In this document: in pieces, positions 55,851 to 63,816 of the stretch
Position numbering within the stretch: position 1 is the first letter of the stretch
Layout of the letters: the number at the start of each line of letters is the position of its first letter
Source: Nanobdellota archaeon
GTDB taxonomy: Archaea; Nanobdellota; Nanobdellia; Pacearchaeales; GW2011-AR1
Assembly (NCBI GenBank): GCA_024654565.1
Contig: JANLHM010000009.1
Coordinates: 25,945-89,944 of the forward strand
DNA length: 64,000 bases
Reading direction: 5' to 3'
Translations under genes and position numbers: made by a program
The notes under the pieces: generated by a model
Told to the model about the DNA's origin: nothing
Database searches by the model: none
The model's input: only the letters and a program-made list of their open reading frames with translations

Positions 55851-56423
55851 ATGAAAATAAATGAAGATTATGCAAGGAAAACAATTGAAGAAGTTGCTCC
55901 ACTTGTCGAAGAATTTAGTGGGCTAGAAACCGATTTGGATTTTCCAGATGTAACAGTTCATAAAAAATTTGCCGAAGATTTCAAAGATGCAGAAGCTTAT
56001 TATGTTCCAAATTTGGACATTTTCCATTTCTTAGAAAAGTACAAATTAAAAACAAAAAATATATTCAAATCACTGGCAGGTCATGAAACAATGCACCATG
56101 CTCAATATAATTCTTTCAAAAATTTAATTAAACGGGAAATTTATTTTTATAATCTTCATCCAATAGACAATTCTAAAAACTTTGCCACAGAATCACCTCT
56201 GAGAAGGTTAATAGAGGGAGATGCAACATTAATTCAGAGATTGATTTACAAAAAACTCCCAAAATCAAAGTTAGAAATGCTCATCCCAAATCTTTATGAC
56301 CCATGTTATTTCTTATGGTCAAATATCCTCAAGAAAAAATTTAACGCAAATCGTAAAGACATAAATGAACTCTACACTGCACCATTTGAAGAGTTAGATA
56401 AAATTTTCGGAGGAAGTAAATAA
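55851..56423 (+). CDS. zincin-like putative metallopeptidase, paralog 1 (190 aa)
   Basis: LAGHETMHHAQYNSF (HExxH), LIEGDATLIQRL, and the C-terminal KKFNANRKDINELYTAPFEELDKIFGG. The HExxH..Q plus EG(D/H)A layout resembles Zincin_2/DUF2342-type peptidases (by eye). Confidence 0.65.
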   Translation: MKINEDYARKTIEEVAPLVEEFSGLETDLDFPDVTVHKKFAEDFKDAEAYYVPNLDIFHFLEKYKLKTKNIFKSLAGHETMHHAQYNSFKNLIKREIYFYNLHPIDNSKNFATESPLRRLIEGDATLIQRLIYKKLPKSKLEMLIPNLYDPCYFLWSNILKKKFNANRKDINELYTAPFEELDKIFGGSK

Positions 56424-57026
56424 ATGAAAATAACAGGAAATTATATGGGGGACGTGATTGAAGAAGTTGCGCCTTTAGTTAAAGAAATTAGTGGACTAAA
56501 AACAAACTTGGAAAAATCCGTAATTAAAATTAGGTGGTTTAATGAAAAATCGAACTATGCAAGTTATAATCCATTCGAAGATGTTTTTAAATTTAATAAA
56601 AACCTTTTTTTAAATGAAGAGGGTTTGAAATTAATTGTGGGACATGAATTGATGCACAATGCACAGTACAAATCAAAAGAAAAATTATTAATAAAACAAA
56701 TTAAATACTTTTTAAAATCTGATGAACTAGAAGAAATTAATCCATTGAACGCATTGACGGAAGGTGATGCGACCCTAATTGAAAAAAATCTTCAGGAAAA
56801 GTTTTTCAAAGGAGCAAAACGCACGCTATTCAAAAGAAGACTTCCTTTTACAAACTCATTTGCAAATTCGTCCGAAGTCCCTTATACTGATAAATTTCGC
56901 TCTCCGAATTATGTAAAGTGGGCTAACATTTTAAAAAATGAATTTGGGGGGGATAGGGACAAAATTAACTCCCTTTATGAAAAAGACTACAATCAATTAA
57001 AAGAAATTTTTGGAGAGAAAAAGTAA
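56424..57026 (+). CDS. zincin-like putative metallopeptidase, paralog 2 (200 aa)
   Basis: IVGHELMHNAQYKS, LTEGDATLIEKNL, and the C-terminal NEFGGDRDKINSLYEKDYNQLKEIFG. Start abuts the previous stop. Confidence 0.65.
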   Translation: MKITGNYMGDVIEEVAPLVKEISGLKTNLEKSVIKIRWFNEKSNYASYNPFEDVFKFNKNLFLNEEGLKLIVGHELMHNAQYKSKEKLLIKQIKYFLKSDELEEINPLNALTEGDATLIEKNLQEKFFKGAKRTLFKRRLPFTNSFANSSEVPYTDKFRSPNYVKWANILKNEFGGDRDKINSLYEKDYNQLKEIFGEKK

Positions 57027-57464
57027 ATGAAAATAAAAGAAAGAATCTTATGGGTTATGTTCAGCATAGGAATAATTACCTCCCCCATTCTATACGAAAA
57101 AGTTCTAATAAATGGGAATCAACTTTCGCTTTGTGAAGGTAAAAAAATACATTCAAAATCTGAGCTTGAACAAATTATAGAAAAAAGAAAAAAAGAATTT
57201 GGATTCAAAGGAGAGATAGTTTCAAAAATTGATTCAACGGGAGAGATTGTTGATGTTGGAGGATCAAGAAAAATGGAAAGTGGAAAATATGAAGTGATAT
57301 TAAACAAAGACTATCTTCAAAATAAAGCATTAGAACATGAACTCTATCACATATTTGACGGACATTGTGAAAGGGGATACGACCCAATTTCATATATTTT
57401 TTGGTACGAACCAAAAGCAATGATCCACACACTATTTTATAGTCCGGAGGAAAATAAAAAATGA
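57027..57464 (+). CDS. membrane-anchored protein with HExxH motif (145 aa)
   Basis: N-terminal TM ILWVMFSIGIITSPILY, and LEHELYHIFDGH near the C-terminus. Start abuts the previous stop. Confidence 0.55.
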   Translation: MKIKERILWVMFSIGIITSPILYEKVLINGNQLSLCEGKKIHSKSELEQIIEKRKKEFGFKGEIVSKIDSTGEIVDVGGSRKMESGKYEVILNKDYLQNKALEHELYHIFDGHCERGYDPISYIFWYEPKAMIHTLFYSPEENKK

Positions 57465-57610
57465 AAATCCGATTAAGTATAACTGTTGACGAAGAAAAAG
57501 CAAAAATGATAACTGAAGTCTTGAAAGAAGGACTTTTTAGAAGTAGATCTCACGTCATGGAATATGCTCTTATTAAATTTCTAAAAGAAAAGGAGAATGA
57601 AATAAAATGA
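57461..57610 (+). CDS. ribbon-helix-helix (CopG/Arc-like) protein, 49 aa, not in the ORF track
   Basis: Hand translation: MKIRLSITVDEEKAKMITEVLKEGLFRSRSHVMEYALIKFLKEKENEIK. It shows the beta-strand (IRLSITVDEE), helix, RSRS-turn, helix pattern of RHH. ATGA overlaps at both ends. Confidence 0.65.
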   Translation: MKIRLSITVDEEKAKMITEVLKEGLFRSRSHVMEYALIKFLKEKENEIK

Positions 57611-58170
57611 AACTAACAGAGAAATTAGTAAGGAAAATAATTGAAGAGTCTATTCCGGTAGTTGAAGAAGAAAACAAATTAAAAACGGAATTGGATGATT
57701 ACTTGGTAACTCTTTGGGGAGGTTTTCAAAACGGGTATATACACCGCCCGAAACAAAAGTTTCTAATTTGTCCAGGATTAATAGAAGGAAAAAAAGAACT
57801 AAAGAGCATAATGTTCCATGAAGTTTTCCATAATGCCCAAAATTCAAACTTTAAAGATATTTTTGAACTTTACGAAAATTTACGTAAATATAAAATTGTA
57901 AAAAATTTAGTTAAAAAGGCTTATTCAATTAGATGTTTGATAGAGGGTGACGCGACCTTAATAGAAAGAAACTTATCCAAAAAATACCTAAATTATGATC
58001 CTTATGTGGGTGTAAATTTAGAATTATTAAAAAATAATTTGGACGATTATCATGTTCATGGTGAAAAAATACTTCGTGAAAAATTCAAAGGAAATCGTAA
58101 AGACATCAATGAACTCTACACTGCGCCAGTTGAAGAATTAGTTAAAATTTTCGGAGGAAATGAAAAATGA
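57607..58170 (+). CDS. zincin-like putative metallopeptidase, paralog 3 (187 aa)
   Basis: IMFHEVFHNAQNSNF, LIEGDATLIERNL, and the C-terminal EKFKGNRKDINELYTAPVEELVKIFGG. Confidence 0.65.
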   Translation: MKLTEKLVRKIIEESIPVVEEENKLKTELDDYLVTLWGGFQNGYIHRPKQKFLICPGLIEGKKELKSIMFHEVFHNAQNSNFKDIFELYENLRKYKIVKNLVKKAYSIRCLIEGDATLIERNLSKKYLNYDPYVGVNLELLKNNLDDYHVHGEKILREKFKGNRKDINELYTAPVEELVKIFGGNEK

Positions 58171-58799
58171 AAAACTTTGGATTATTAAGAAAACTTGTTG
58201 AAGGAAAAGAAATATCTATAGAGGAAGCAAAAATCCTCGGGACAACAAGAAATGCAAACCTAAAATTTCCATTTAAATATGTGGTGGGAAATGAATTGGG
58301 AGAGCAAGGATCAAATTCAATAGTTTACTTGACAAAAAATAAAAAATCTATGATTGCAAAATTGAATTTTAATAGCCTCTTTTCAGTTAATAATTACCAA
58401 ATATTAAGGGAATTGAAAAAAAGAGGAAGAAAGGTTACAAATCCAAGAGGAATGTATAATGTATATAATCAGAAAAAAAAGGAATTTAATCCGGCATTAA
58501 TAATGGAATATGGAAATAGCATAAGAGTCTCGGATTTGAAAAGGAATAGTCCGGAGTATAAGGATGCATTAAAAAAAATAAAAAAGGAATCGGATAAAAT
58601 GAAAAAACTTGGATGGAAATCATTCTACGATAAATATTGGGATCCGACAAATTATTATAATGAATTCCGATATGGGATAAAATTCGAAAATGCTTTATAC
58701 GATCCCCCAATGAAGAGGTTAACTTTAATTGATTTTGATCAAGACGATTTAGATACGAGAAAACTTTATACGAATGAAAAAGGAGGAAAAGAACTATAA
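58167..58799 (+). CDS. hypothetical protein, possibly protein-kinase-like fold; paralog of 23053..23745
   Basis: LVEGKEISIEEAKILG, FPFKY, ELGEQGSNSIVYL...MIAKL, NPRGMYNVYN...ALIMEY and LTLIDFDQD. ATGA overlap upstream. The fold call is inference. Confidence 0.45.
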   Translation: MKNFGLLRKLVEGKEISIEEAKILGTTRNANLKFPFKYVVGNELGEQGSNSIVYLTKNKKSMIAKLNFNSLFSVNNYQILRELKKRGRKVTNPRGMYNVYNQKKKEFNPALIMEYGNSIRVSDLKRNSPEYKDALKKIKKESDKMKKLGWKSFYDKYWDPTNYYNEFRYGIKFENALYDPPMKRLTLIDFDQDDLDTRKLYTNEKGGKEL

Positions 58800-59197
58800 T
58801 GAAAAAACACGATTACGGAGAAATAGGAGAACCAATATACACCTATTCAGAAGAACCTAAAAAAGAATCAAAACTTTGGAGAAAAATTTTGACTTTCGGA
58901 CTTCCTTTACTATTCGCAGGAACCGTTATCTATGGATCTCAACCAAGTGAAATTGAAAGTAAAACTCTCAAGTATCAAGGATGGTATGAGGATGGGGGGA
59001 AAAATTTCCTCGTCTTTGATGAAAAATCAAAAAATGAAAGGGTCAATGGGCCAAAGTATAAAATTGTAAGTGGAATTACAAAAAATTTGAATGACTTTGA
59101 AACAAACAGAGATTATCGAGTAAAAATTGAAAAGAAAAATTTTGGATTTGTCTTCCCAGATGAAGTAACTTCAATTGAAGAAGTAAAATCTGATTAA
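58799..59197 (+). CDS. single-pass membrane protein (132 aa), last gene of the cassette
   Basis: TM helix ILTFGLPLLFAGTVIYG. 1-nt TAATG overlap with the previous gene. Confidence 0.55.
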   Translation: MKKHDYGEIGEPIYTYSEEPKKESKLWRKILTFGLPLLFAGTVIYGSQPSEIESKTLKYQGWYEDGGKNFLVFDEKSKNERVNGPKYKIVSGITKNLNDFETNRDYRVKIEKKNFGFVFPDEVTSIEEVKSD

Positions 59198-59256
59198 ATT
59201 AATTTATTTTTTATTTTTAAATTTAAATAAATAGACTAAAAAAACAAAAAGAAAAA

Positions 59257-59940
59257 ATGGAAAACAAAAAAGTCGTCCTCCCTGACGTTTCGCTTTGTGC
59301 AATAGTCAGGGACGAAAAAGTGAACCCGGCAGGGGGAATTAAAAGGTTTGTTGAGTCTCACGTCCCATATGTAGAAGAAGCCGTAATCGTTGACACTGGT
59401 TCAATTGACGGAACACGAGAAGTTTTAGAAGAATTAGAATTAAAATGCAAAAATCTTAAAGTTTACGACCGTAAGTTTATTGGATTTGCTGACGCAAGAA
59501 ACTTTTCTCTTTCAAAAGCAAATACAAAATATGCTCTTGTTCTTGATGCTGATGAATTACTAACTCACAAAACCCCGTTTAATGATTGGAAAATTATTAA
59601 AAATGTTTTAGAAAAAAAAGGAGAAGTATACCACTTTAGTTTCAATCACATACTTCCAAGTGGCCAATTGATAGAACCGGGAGAATGGAAGGAAAGGCTC
59701 TTCAAAATTGAAGGAACACAGTTTTCAGGGATATGTGGAGAAAGGCACTATAGACGGGGATTAGAAAGTGGTGTTTCTATAAAACATTTTCTTCAAAGTA
59801 AGATACCAAAAGTCTTGAAATGGGAAAACTTTTACAATAAACTTGAAGACGAAATTATTAAAAAAAATATATCCCCTTCACAAGTTGACGGCTTTAACGA
59901 ATGGAAAGAATATAACCCGAGGAGGGATTTGTACGAATAA
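59257..59940 (+). CDS. family 2 glycosyltransferase
   Basis: VSLCAIVRDE, VIVDTGSIDGTRE and LVLDADELL (DxD) are the GT-A/GT2 motifs. Confidence 0.75.
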   Translation: MENKKVVLPDVSLCAIVRDEKVNPAGGIKRFVESHVPYVEEAVIVDTGSIDGTREVLEELELKCKNLKVYDRKFIGFADARNFSLSKANTKYALVLDADELLTHKTPFNDWKIIKNVLEKKGEVYHFSFNHILPSGQLIEPGEWKERLFKIEGTQFSGICGERHYRRGLESGVSIKHFLQSKIPKVLKWENFYNKLEDEIIKKNISPSQVDGFNEWKEYNPRRDLYE

Positions 59941-59941
59941 A

Positions 59942-60427
59942 ATGGGAAAGATAATAGAAATTGATAAAGAAAAAATAAAAATAATCCAACATGGAATTGA
60001 TAATCAAAAAATAAGAAAGTTTCTTATAAGTTATATTTCAAATACTGTTGACATTTTAGTTCCAGTGAGAAAAATAGGAAGGTATTACTCCCTTCTTGAC
60101 GGTCACTCAAGGGGAAGCGTTGCGACTTCACTCTCTAAATGGAAAGAAATTCCCCTATAGGAGTATGTCCCAAAAAACGAAGGCGATTTTATAAAAAAAC
60201 TTTCAAAAAACTTTATCCAACATATAGAGGATTCAAATTACTTTATATCTAAAAATTTCGAATATGCAAACCACACATTCAAGGTGGGATTAAAAGAATT
60301 CACCGAAAATATAAATTTAATAAATTCTCCTGAAAAACTTTTAACAAATTACCTCTCACTTTATGAATTTCAAAATTTTAAAATTGGTCCAAAAAAGAAC
60401 TTATTAAAAAAACTTAATCTAGGGTAA
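59942..60427 (+). pseudogene. ParB/Srx-like nuclease-domain gene interrupted by an in-frame TAG (60158-60160)
   Basis: MGKIIEIDKEKIKII...ILVPVRKIGRYYSLLDGHSRGSVA (DGHxR ParB-like motif) ...KEIPL, then TAG. The same frame stays open for 88 more codons (EYVPKNEGDFIKKLSKNF...KKLNLG) to the TAA at 60425, with no in-frame ATG. Confidence 0.55.
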
Positions 60428-60542
60428 ATCGCATTTAGAGGTCTTGAATCAAAACCCCAATATTCATGGTATTACAAAGAGGATGATTTGTCAAAAAAGA
60501 TAAACCCACAACCTTTTTAACTTGAAAAACCCCTAAAACTTT

Positions 60543-61742
60543 ATGGCAGAAAAAGAATTACCTGAATTAAATGTGGGAGTTGTAGGCCACATTGACCATG
60601 GTAAAACGACCCTACTTTCTAGGTTAACAGGAAAGTTTACTGACACCCATTCTGAAGAATTGAAAAGGGGGATTACAATTAAACTTGGATATGCACAAAT
60701 GGTTATTTATGAAAATAACGGCAATTTCAATACTGAGAAAAAAGGTAATCCGGTGAGGTATATCTCTTTCATTGATGCTCCAGGACACGAAATGCTTATG
60801 GCAACAATGCTTTCAGGTGCTGCAATTGTTGATGCTGCAATTCTTGTTATTGCAGTAAACGAGGGAATAAAACCCCAAACAAAAGAGCACTTTATGGCTC
60901 TTCAGGCAAAAAAAATAAAAAATATAATTATAGTCCAAAATAAAATTGATTTAGTCTCAAAAGAGAAGGCAATTGAAAATTACAATGAAATAAAAAAATT
61001 CATAAAAGGAACTTTTGCAGAAAATTCACCAATTATCCCAATTTCAACTCAGCAAGGAATTAATATTGATAAACTACTTCAGGCACTCACCGAAATAAAG
61101 TTACCTGAAAAAAATCTTAATAAAAGTCCAATCTTCCTTATTGCAAGAAGTTTTGACATAAATAAACCAGGCTCAAACATAAAAAATCTTCATGGAGGAG
61201 TTCTCGGAGGAATCTTAAAAGAAGGAAAGTTAAAAGTCGGAGAAGAAATTGAAATAAAACCTGGAAGAACTGTAAAGAAAAACAACCAGTATTCTTACGA
61301 ACCAATCACAACGAAAATTCTTTCTATACAAAAAGGAAATGAATCTGTTAAAGAAGTACATCCTGGTGCGAGCATCTCAATAGAAACGGGACTTGACCCC
61401 TTTATGACAAAAACGGACTCACTAACTGGTTCTATAGTTTCGACAAAAGGGAGCCTTCCCGAAATTACTTCAAAAGTTAAAGTTAAAGTTGAATTGTTTA
61501 GTGAAGTTCTTGGAGGAGAAGAAAAAGAAAAAGTAAAAGAATTGAAAACTAAAGAAATGCTCATGTTATCTGTCAACACAACAATTACTGTTGGAACCAT
61601 TGAAAAAATATCCGGAAGTGAAATAGAAATGAGTCTCAATATCCCAATTGTTGCCCTTAAAGGGGATAATGTTGGTGTCGCAAGAAACATAAATGGACAC
61701 TGGAGACTTATTGGTTTTGGGGAAATTACAGAACAGCCGTAA
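60543..61742 (+). CDS. eif2g: translation initiation factor aIF2 gamma subunit
   Basis: GHIDHGKTTL, DAPGHE, QNKIDL, 399 aa with EF-Tu-like domains II/III. Confidence 0.95.
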   Translation: MAEKELPELNVGVVGHIDHGKTTLLSRLTGKFTDTHSEELKRGITIKLGYAQMVIYENNGNFNTEKKGNPVRYISFIDAPGHEMLMATMLSGAAIVDAAILVIAVNEGIKPQTKEHFMALQAKKIKNIIIVQNKIDLVSKEKAIENYNEIKKFIKGTFAENSPIIPISTQQGINIDKLLQALTEIKLPEKNLNKSPIFLIARSFDINKPGSNIKNLHGGVLGGILKEGKLKVGEEIEIKPGRTVKKNNQYSYEPITTKILSIQKGNESVKEVHPGASISIETGLDPFMTKTDSLTGSIVSTKGSLPEITSKVKVKVELFSEVLGGEEKEKVKELKTKEMLMLSVNTTITVGTIEKISGSEIEMSLNIPIVALKGDNVGVARNINGHWRLIGFGEITEQP

Positions 61743-61780
61743 TTAGAAAAGTTTAATAAGAACAAATCCCTGAAGAGAAG

Positions 61781-62863
61781 ATGGATAAAAAGGGGTTAAT
61801 GTTGTCAATAATAATTGTTCTTGGAATGTTGTTAGTTTTCAGTTCATTAGTTCTCGCAGACCGAGGGGACGACAATGGAAATGGCGGTTCAGATGATGGG
61901 AATAACGACTCAGAAGACGAGGACGAAAATGAAAACGAGTCTGAAATAAAAATTAGAGGAGTATTAAGAGAAGGTAATTGTACAATTAAAATTGAAAGGG
62001 AATTAAAAACCGAAAATGGTAAGACTGTTGAAGTTGTAAAAAGAGAGATGAAATGTACTGATGGAACAAAAGAAGAAGTAAAAATAAGGTTTGAGAACAA
62101 AACAGAAAGTGGAAGGTATACGGAGAGAATAAGATATGAATTCAGAGGAAAAGAACTAGAGGTTGAAGCAGAAGAAGGAATAGAGTTTGAAGAAGAAGTA
62201 AACGGAACAGAATATAAATTAAAGGCAAAACTAAGGGATGGAAATTTCACCCATATTAAAATAATGCCGGACAGAGCTTCAGAAATTGCACTTGAGAGAC
62301 TAAAAGCATTAAATTTCACAATTGAGTTAAGAGAAATAGAACACAACAATATCCCAAGAGTGGTGTATAACATAGAATCAAACAAAGACGGAAAGTTCCT
62401 CGGAGTTTTCAAGCTTAAAATGAAAGTTGAAGGTCAAGTTGACCCTGAAACCGGAGAGTTTATCGGAATAAACAAGCCTTGGTGGGCATTTCTTGTCTCG
62501 GGGGAAGATTCTGATGAGACAGAAAGCGAAGAGAAAAGAACAATAAACCTAAGTGAACTAAATAATTCGGGTGAATCGGGAACAGCCATGTTCTCTCAAG
62601 AAGATGGACAAGTTATTGTGACATTAAGTACAATAGGTTTCACTCAAAACATTTCTCAACCAGCACACATTCATGTTGGAAGTTGTCCTGACACTGGTGC
62701 AGTAAGGTATCCTCTTAACAATGTATTAAATGGGGAATCAATAACTACAATTAATGTAACCTTTGACAACCTAGAAAGTGAGTTACCTCTTGCAATCAAT
62801 ATACACAAGTCAGTAGAAGAATCAAGCGTCTATACTATTTGTGGAAATTTGACCTTTGATTAG
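61781..62863 (+). CDS. secreted protein with acidic low-complexity linker and C-terminal CHRD-like domain
   Basis: Signal/TM LMLSIIIVLGMLLVFSSLVLA, then DRGDDNGNGGSDDGNNDSEDEDENENE. The C-terminal GTAMFSQEDGQVIVTL...QPAHIHVGSCPDTGAVRYPLN resembles the CHRD aHIH.G motif. Confidence 0.6.
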   Translation: MDKKGLMLSIIIVLGMLLVFSSLVLADRGDDNGNGGSDDGNNDSEDEDENENESEIKIRGVLREGNCTIKIERELKTENGKTVEVVKREMKCTDGTKEEVKIRFENKTESGRYTERIRYEFRGKELEVEAEEGIEFEEEVNGTEYKLKAKLRDGNFTHIKIMPDRASEIALERLKALNFTIELREIEHNNIPRVVYNIESNKDGKFLGVFKLKMKVEGQVDPETGEFIGINKPWWAFLVSGEDSDETESEEKRTINLSELNNSGESGTAMFSQEDGQVIVTLSTIGFTQNISQPAHIHVGSCPDTGAVRYPLNNVLNGESITTINVTFDNLESELPLAINIHKSVEESSVYTICGNLTFD

Positions 62864-62875
62864 AATAAAGAAGAA

Positions 62876-62883
62876 TTTATATA
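62876..62883 (+). promoter_or_regulatory. TATA-box-like element for the nuclease gene
   Basis: tttatata lies 24 nt upstream of the ATG at 62907. Confidence 0.45.
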
Positions 62884-62906
62884 AACAATTCCTATTCTCT
62901 TGATTT

Positions 62907-63776
62907 ATGACAGTTTATTCACACTCACGACTTTCGACATTTGAGCAATGCAGGTATAAATACAAATTAAAATATATTGACAAAATTCCCGTACCCATTG
63001 AAAAGTCAATTGAAGCTCACCTTGGAGAGTGTGTTCACGCAGTTCTTGAATACTTGTACAAAAACGCGATTAATGGAAAGACACTTGAAATGGATGAAGT
63101 AATAGAAAAGTTTTCCTTAGTCTGGGCGGAAAAATATTCTGAAAATATGAAAATTGTAAGAGACTTAACCGAGAAGGATTATTTCAACAAAGGAGTAAAA
63201 TTTCTTATTGATTACTACTTAAAACATAAACCATTCCAGGATGGAACAATAGAAACAGAAAAAAGGATTTGGATAAGTCTTGAAAAAAGCTTCCCCCACA
63301 AAATTATCGGATATATTGATCGCCTGGTATTTAACAAAAAAACAGGAGAATATGAAATTCACGACTATAAAACTGCAAACTCACTTCCAAATAAGGAAAA
63401 GTTTGAGAGAGACCGGCAACTTGCACTTTATTCTATTGCAATAAAAGAAACTTACGGGAGAGAAGTTCCAGTCCTTTTAAAATGGCATTACTTGAATTAT
63501 GACCTTGAAATAACTTCCAAGAGAACAAACGAAGACCTTGAGAAGTTAAAGAAAGAAATAATTGAGCTAATAAAAAGAATTGAAAAAACAAATGAATTCC
63601 CTCCTCAAAAGTCTCCATTGTGCGACTGGTGCGAATATAAACCGTATTGCAAAGCATGGGGAAACTCTATTCCTGAAGAGTTTGTGAAAAAAGAAAAACA
63701 GGGGACTATTGAAAACATTGGAACAGAAAAATTAAAAGAGAGTTTCCCAACTTCGTCAAAATATATAGTAGATTGA
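62907..63776 (+). CDS. PD-(D/E)XK nuclease, Cas4/RecB-like, with 4-Cys cluster
   Basis: N-terminal SRLSTFEQCRYKY, IGYIDRLV...YEIHDYKT (D...(D/E)xK), QLALY, and the C-terminal CDWCEYKPYC. This gives the C...CxxCx5C arrangement typical of Cas4-type Fe-S nucleases. Confidence 0.75.
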   Translation: MTVYSHSRLSTFEQCRYKYKLKYIDKIPVPIEKSIEAHLGECVHAVLEYLYKNAINGKTLEMDEVIEKFSLVWAEKYSENMKIVRDLTEKDYFNKGVKFLIDYYLKHKPFQDGTIETEKRIWISLEKSFPHKIIGYIDRLVFNKKTGEYEIHDYKTANSLPNKEKFERDRQLALYSIAIKETYGREVPVLLKWHYLNYDLEITSKRTNEDLEKLKKEIIELIKRIEKTNEFPPQKSPLCDWCEYKPYCKAWGNSIPEEFVKKEKQGTIENIGTEKLKESFPTSSKYIVD

Positions 63777-63816
63777 TATTGGAAAGCTTTAAAAATAAAT
63801 ATGAACTTGTGTTCAT

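Noticed and set aside
61753-62412. 219-aa minus-strand ORF, very Ser/Phe/Leu-rich
   Set aside because: It lies antisense to the well-supported secreted CHRD-like gene. Its low-complexity composition is what the reverse complement of a Glu/Lys/Asp-rich gene produces, so it is a shadow ORF.
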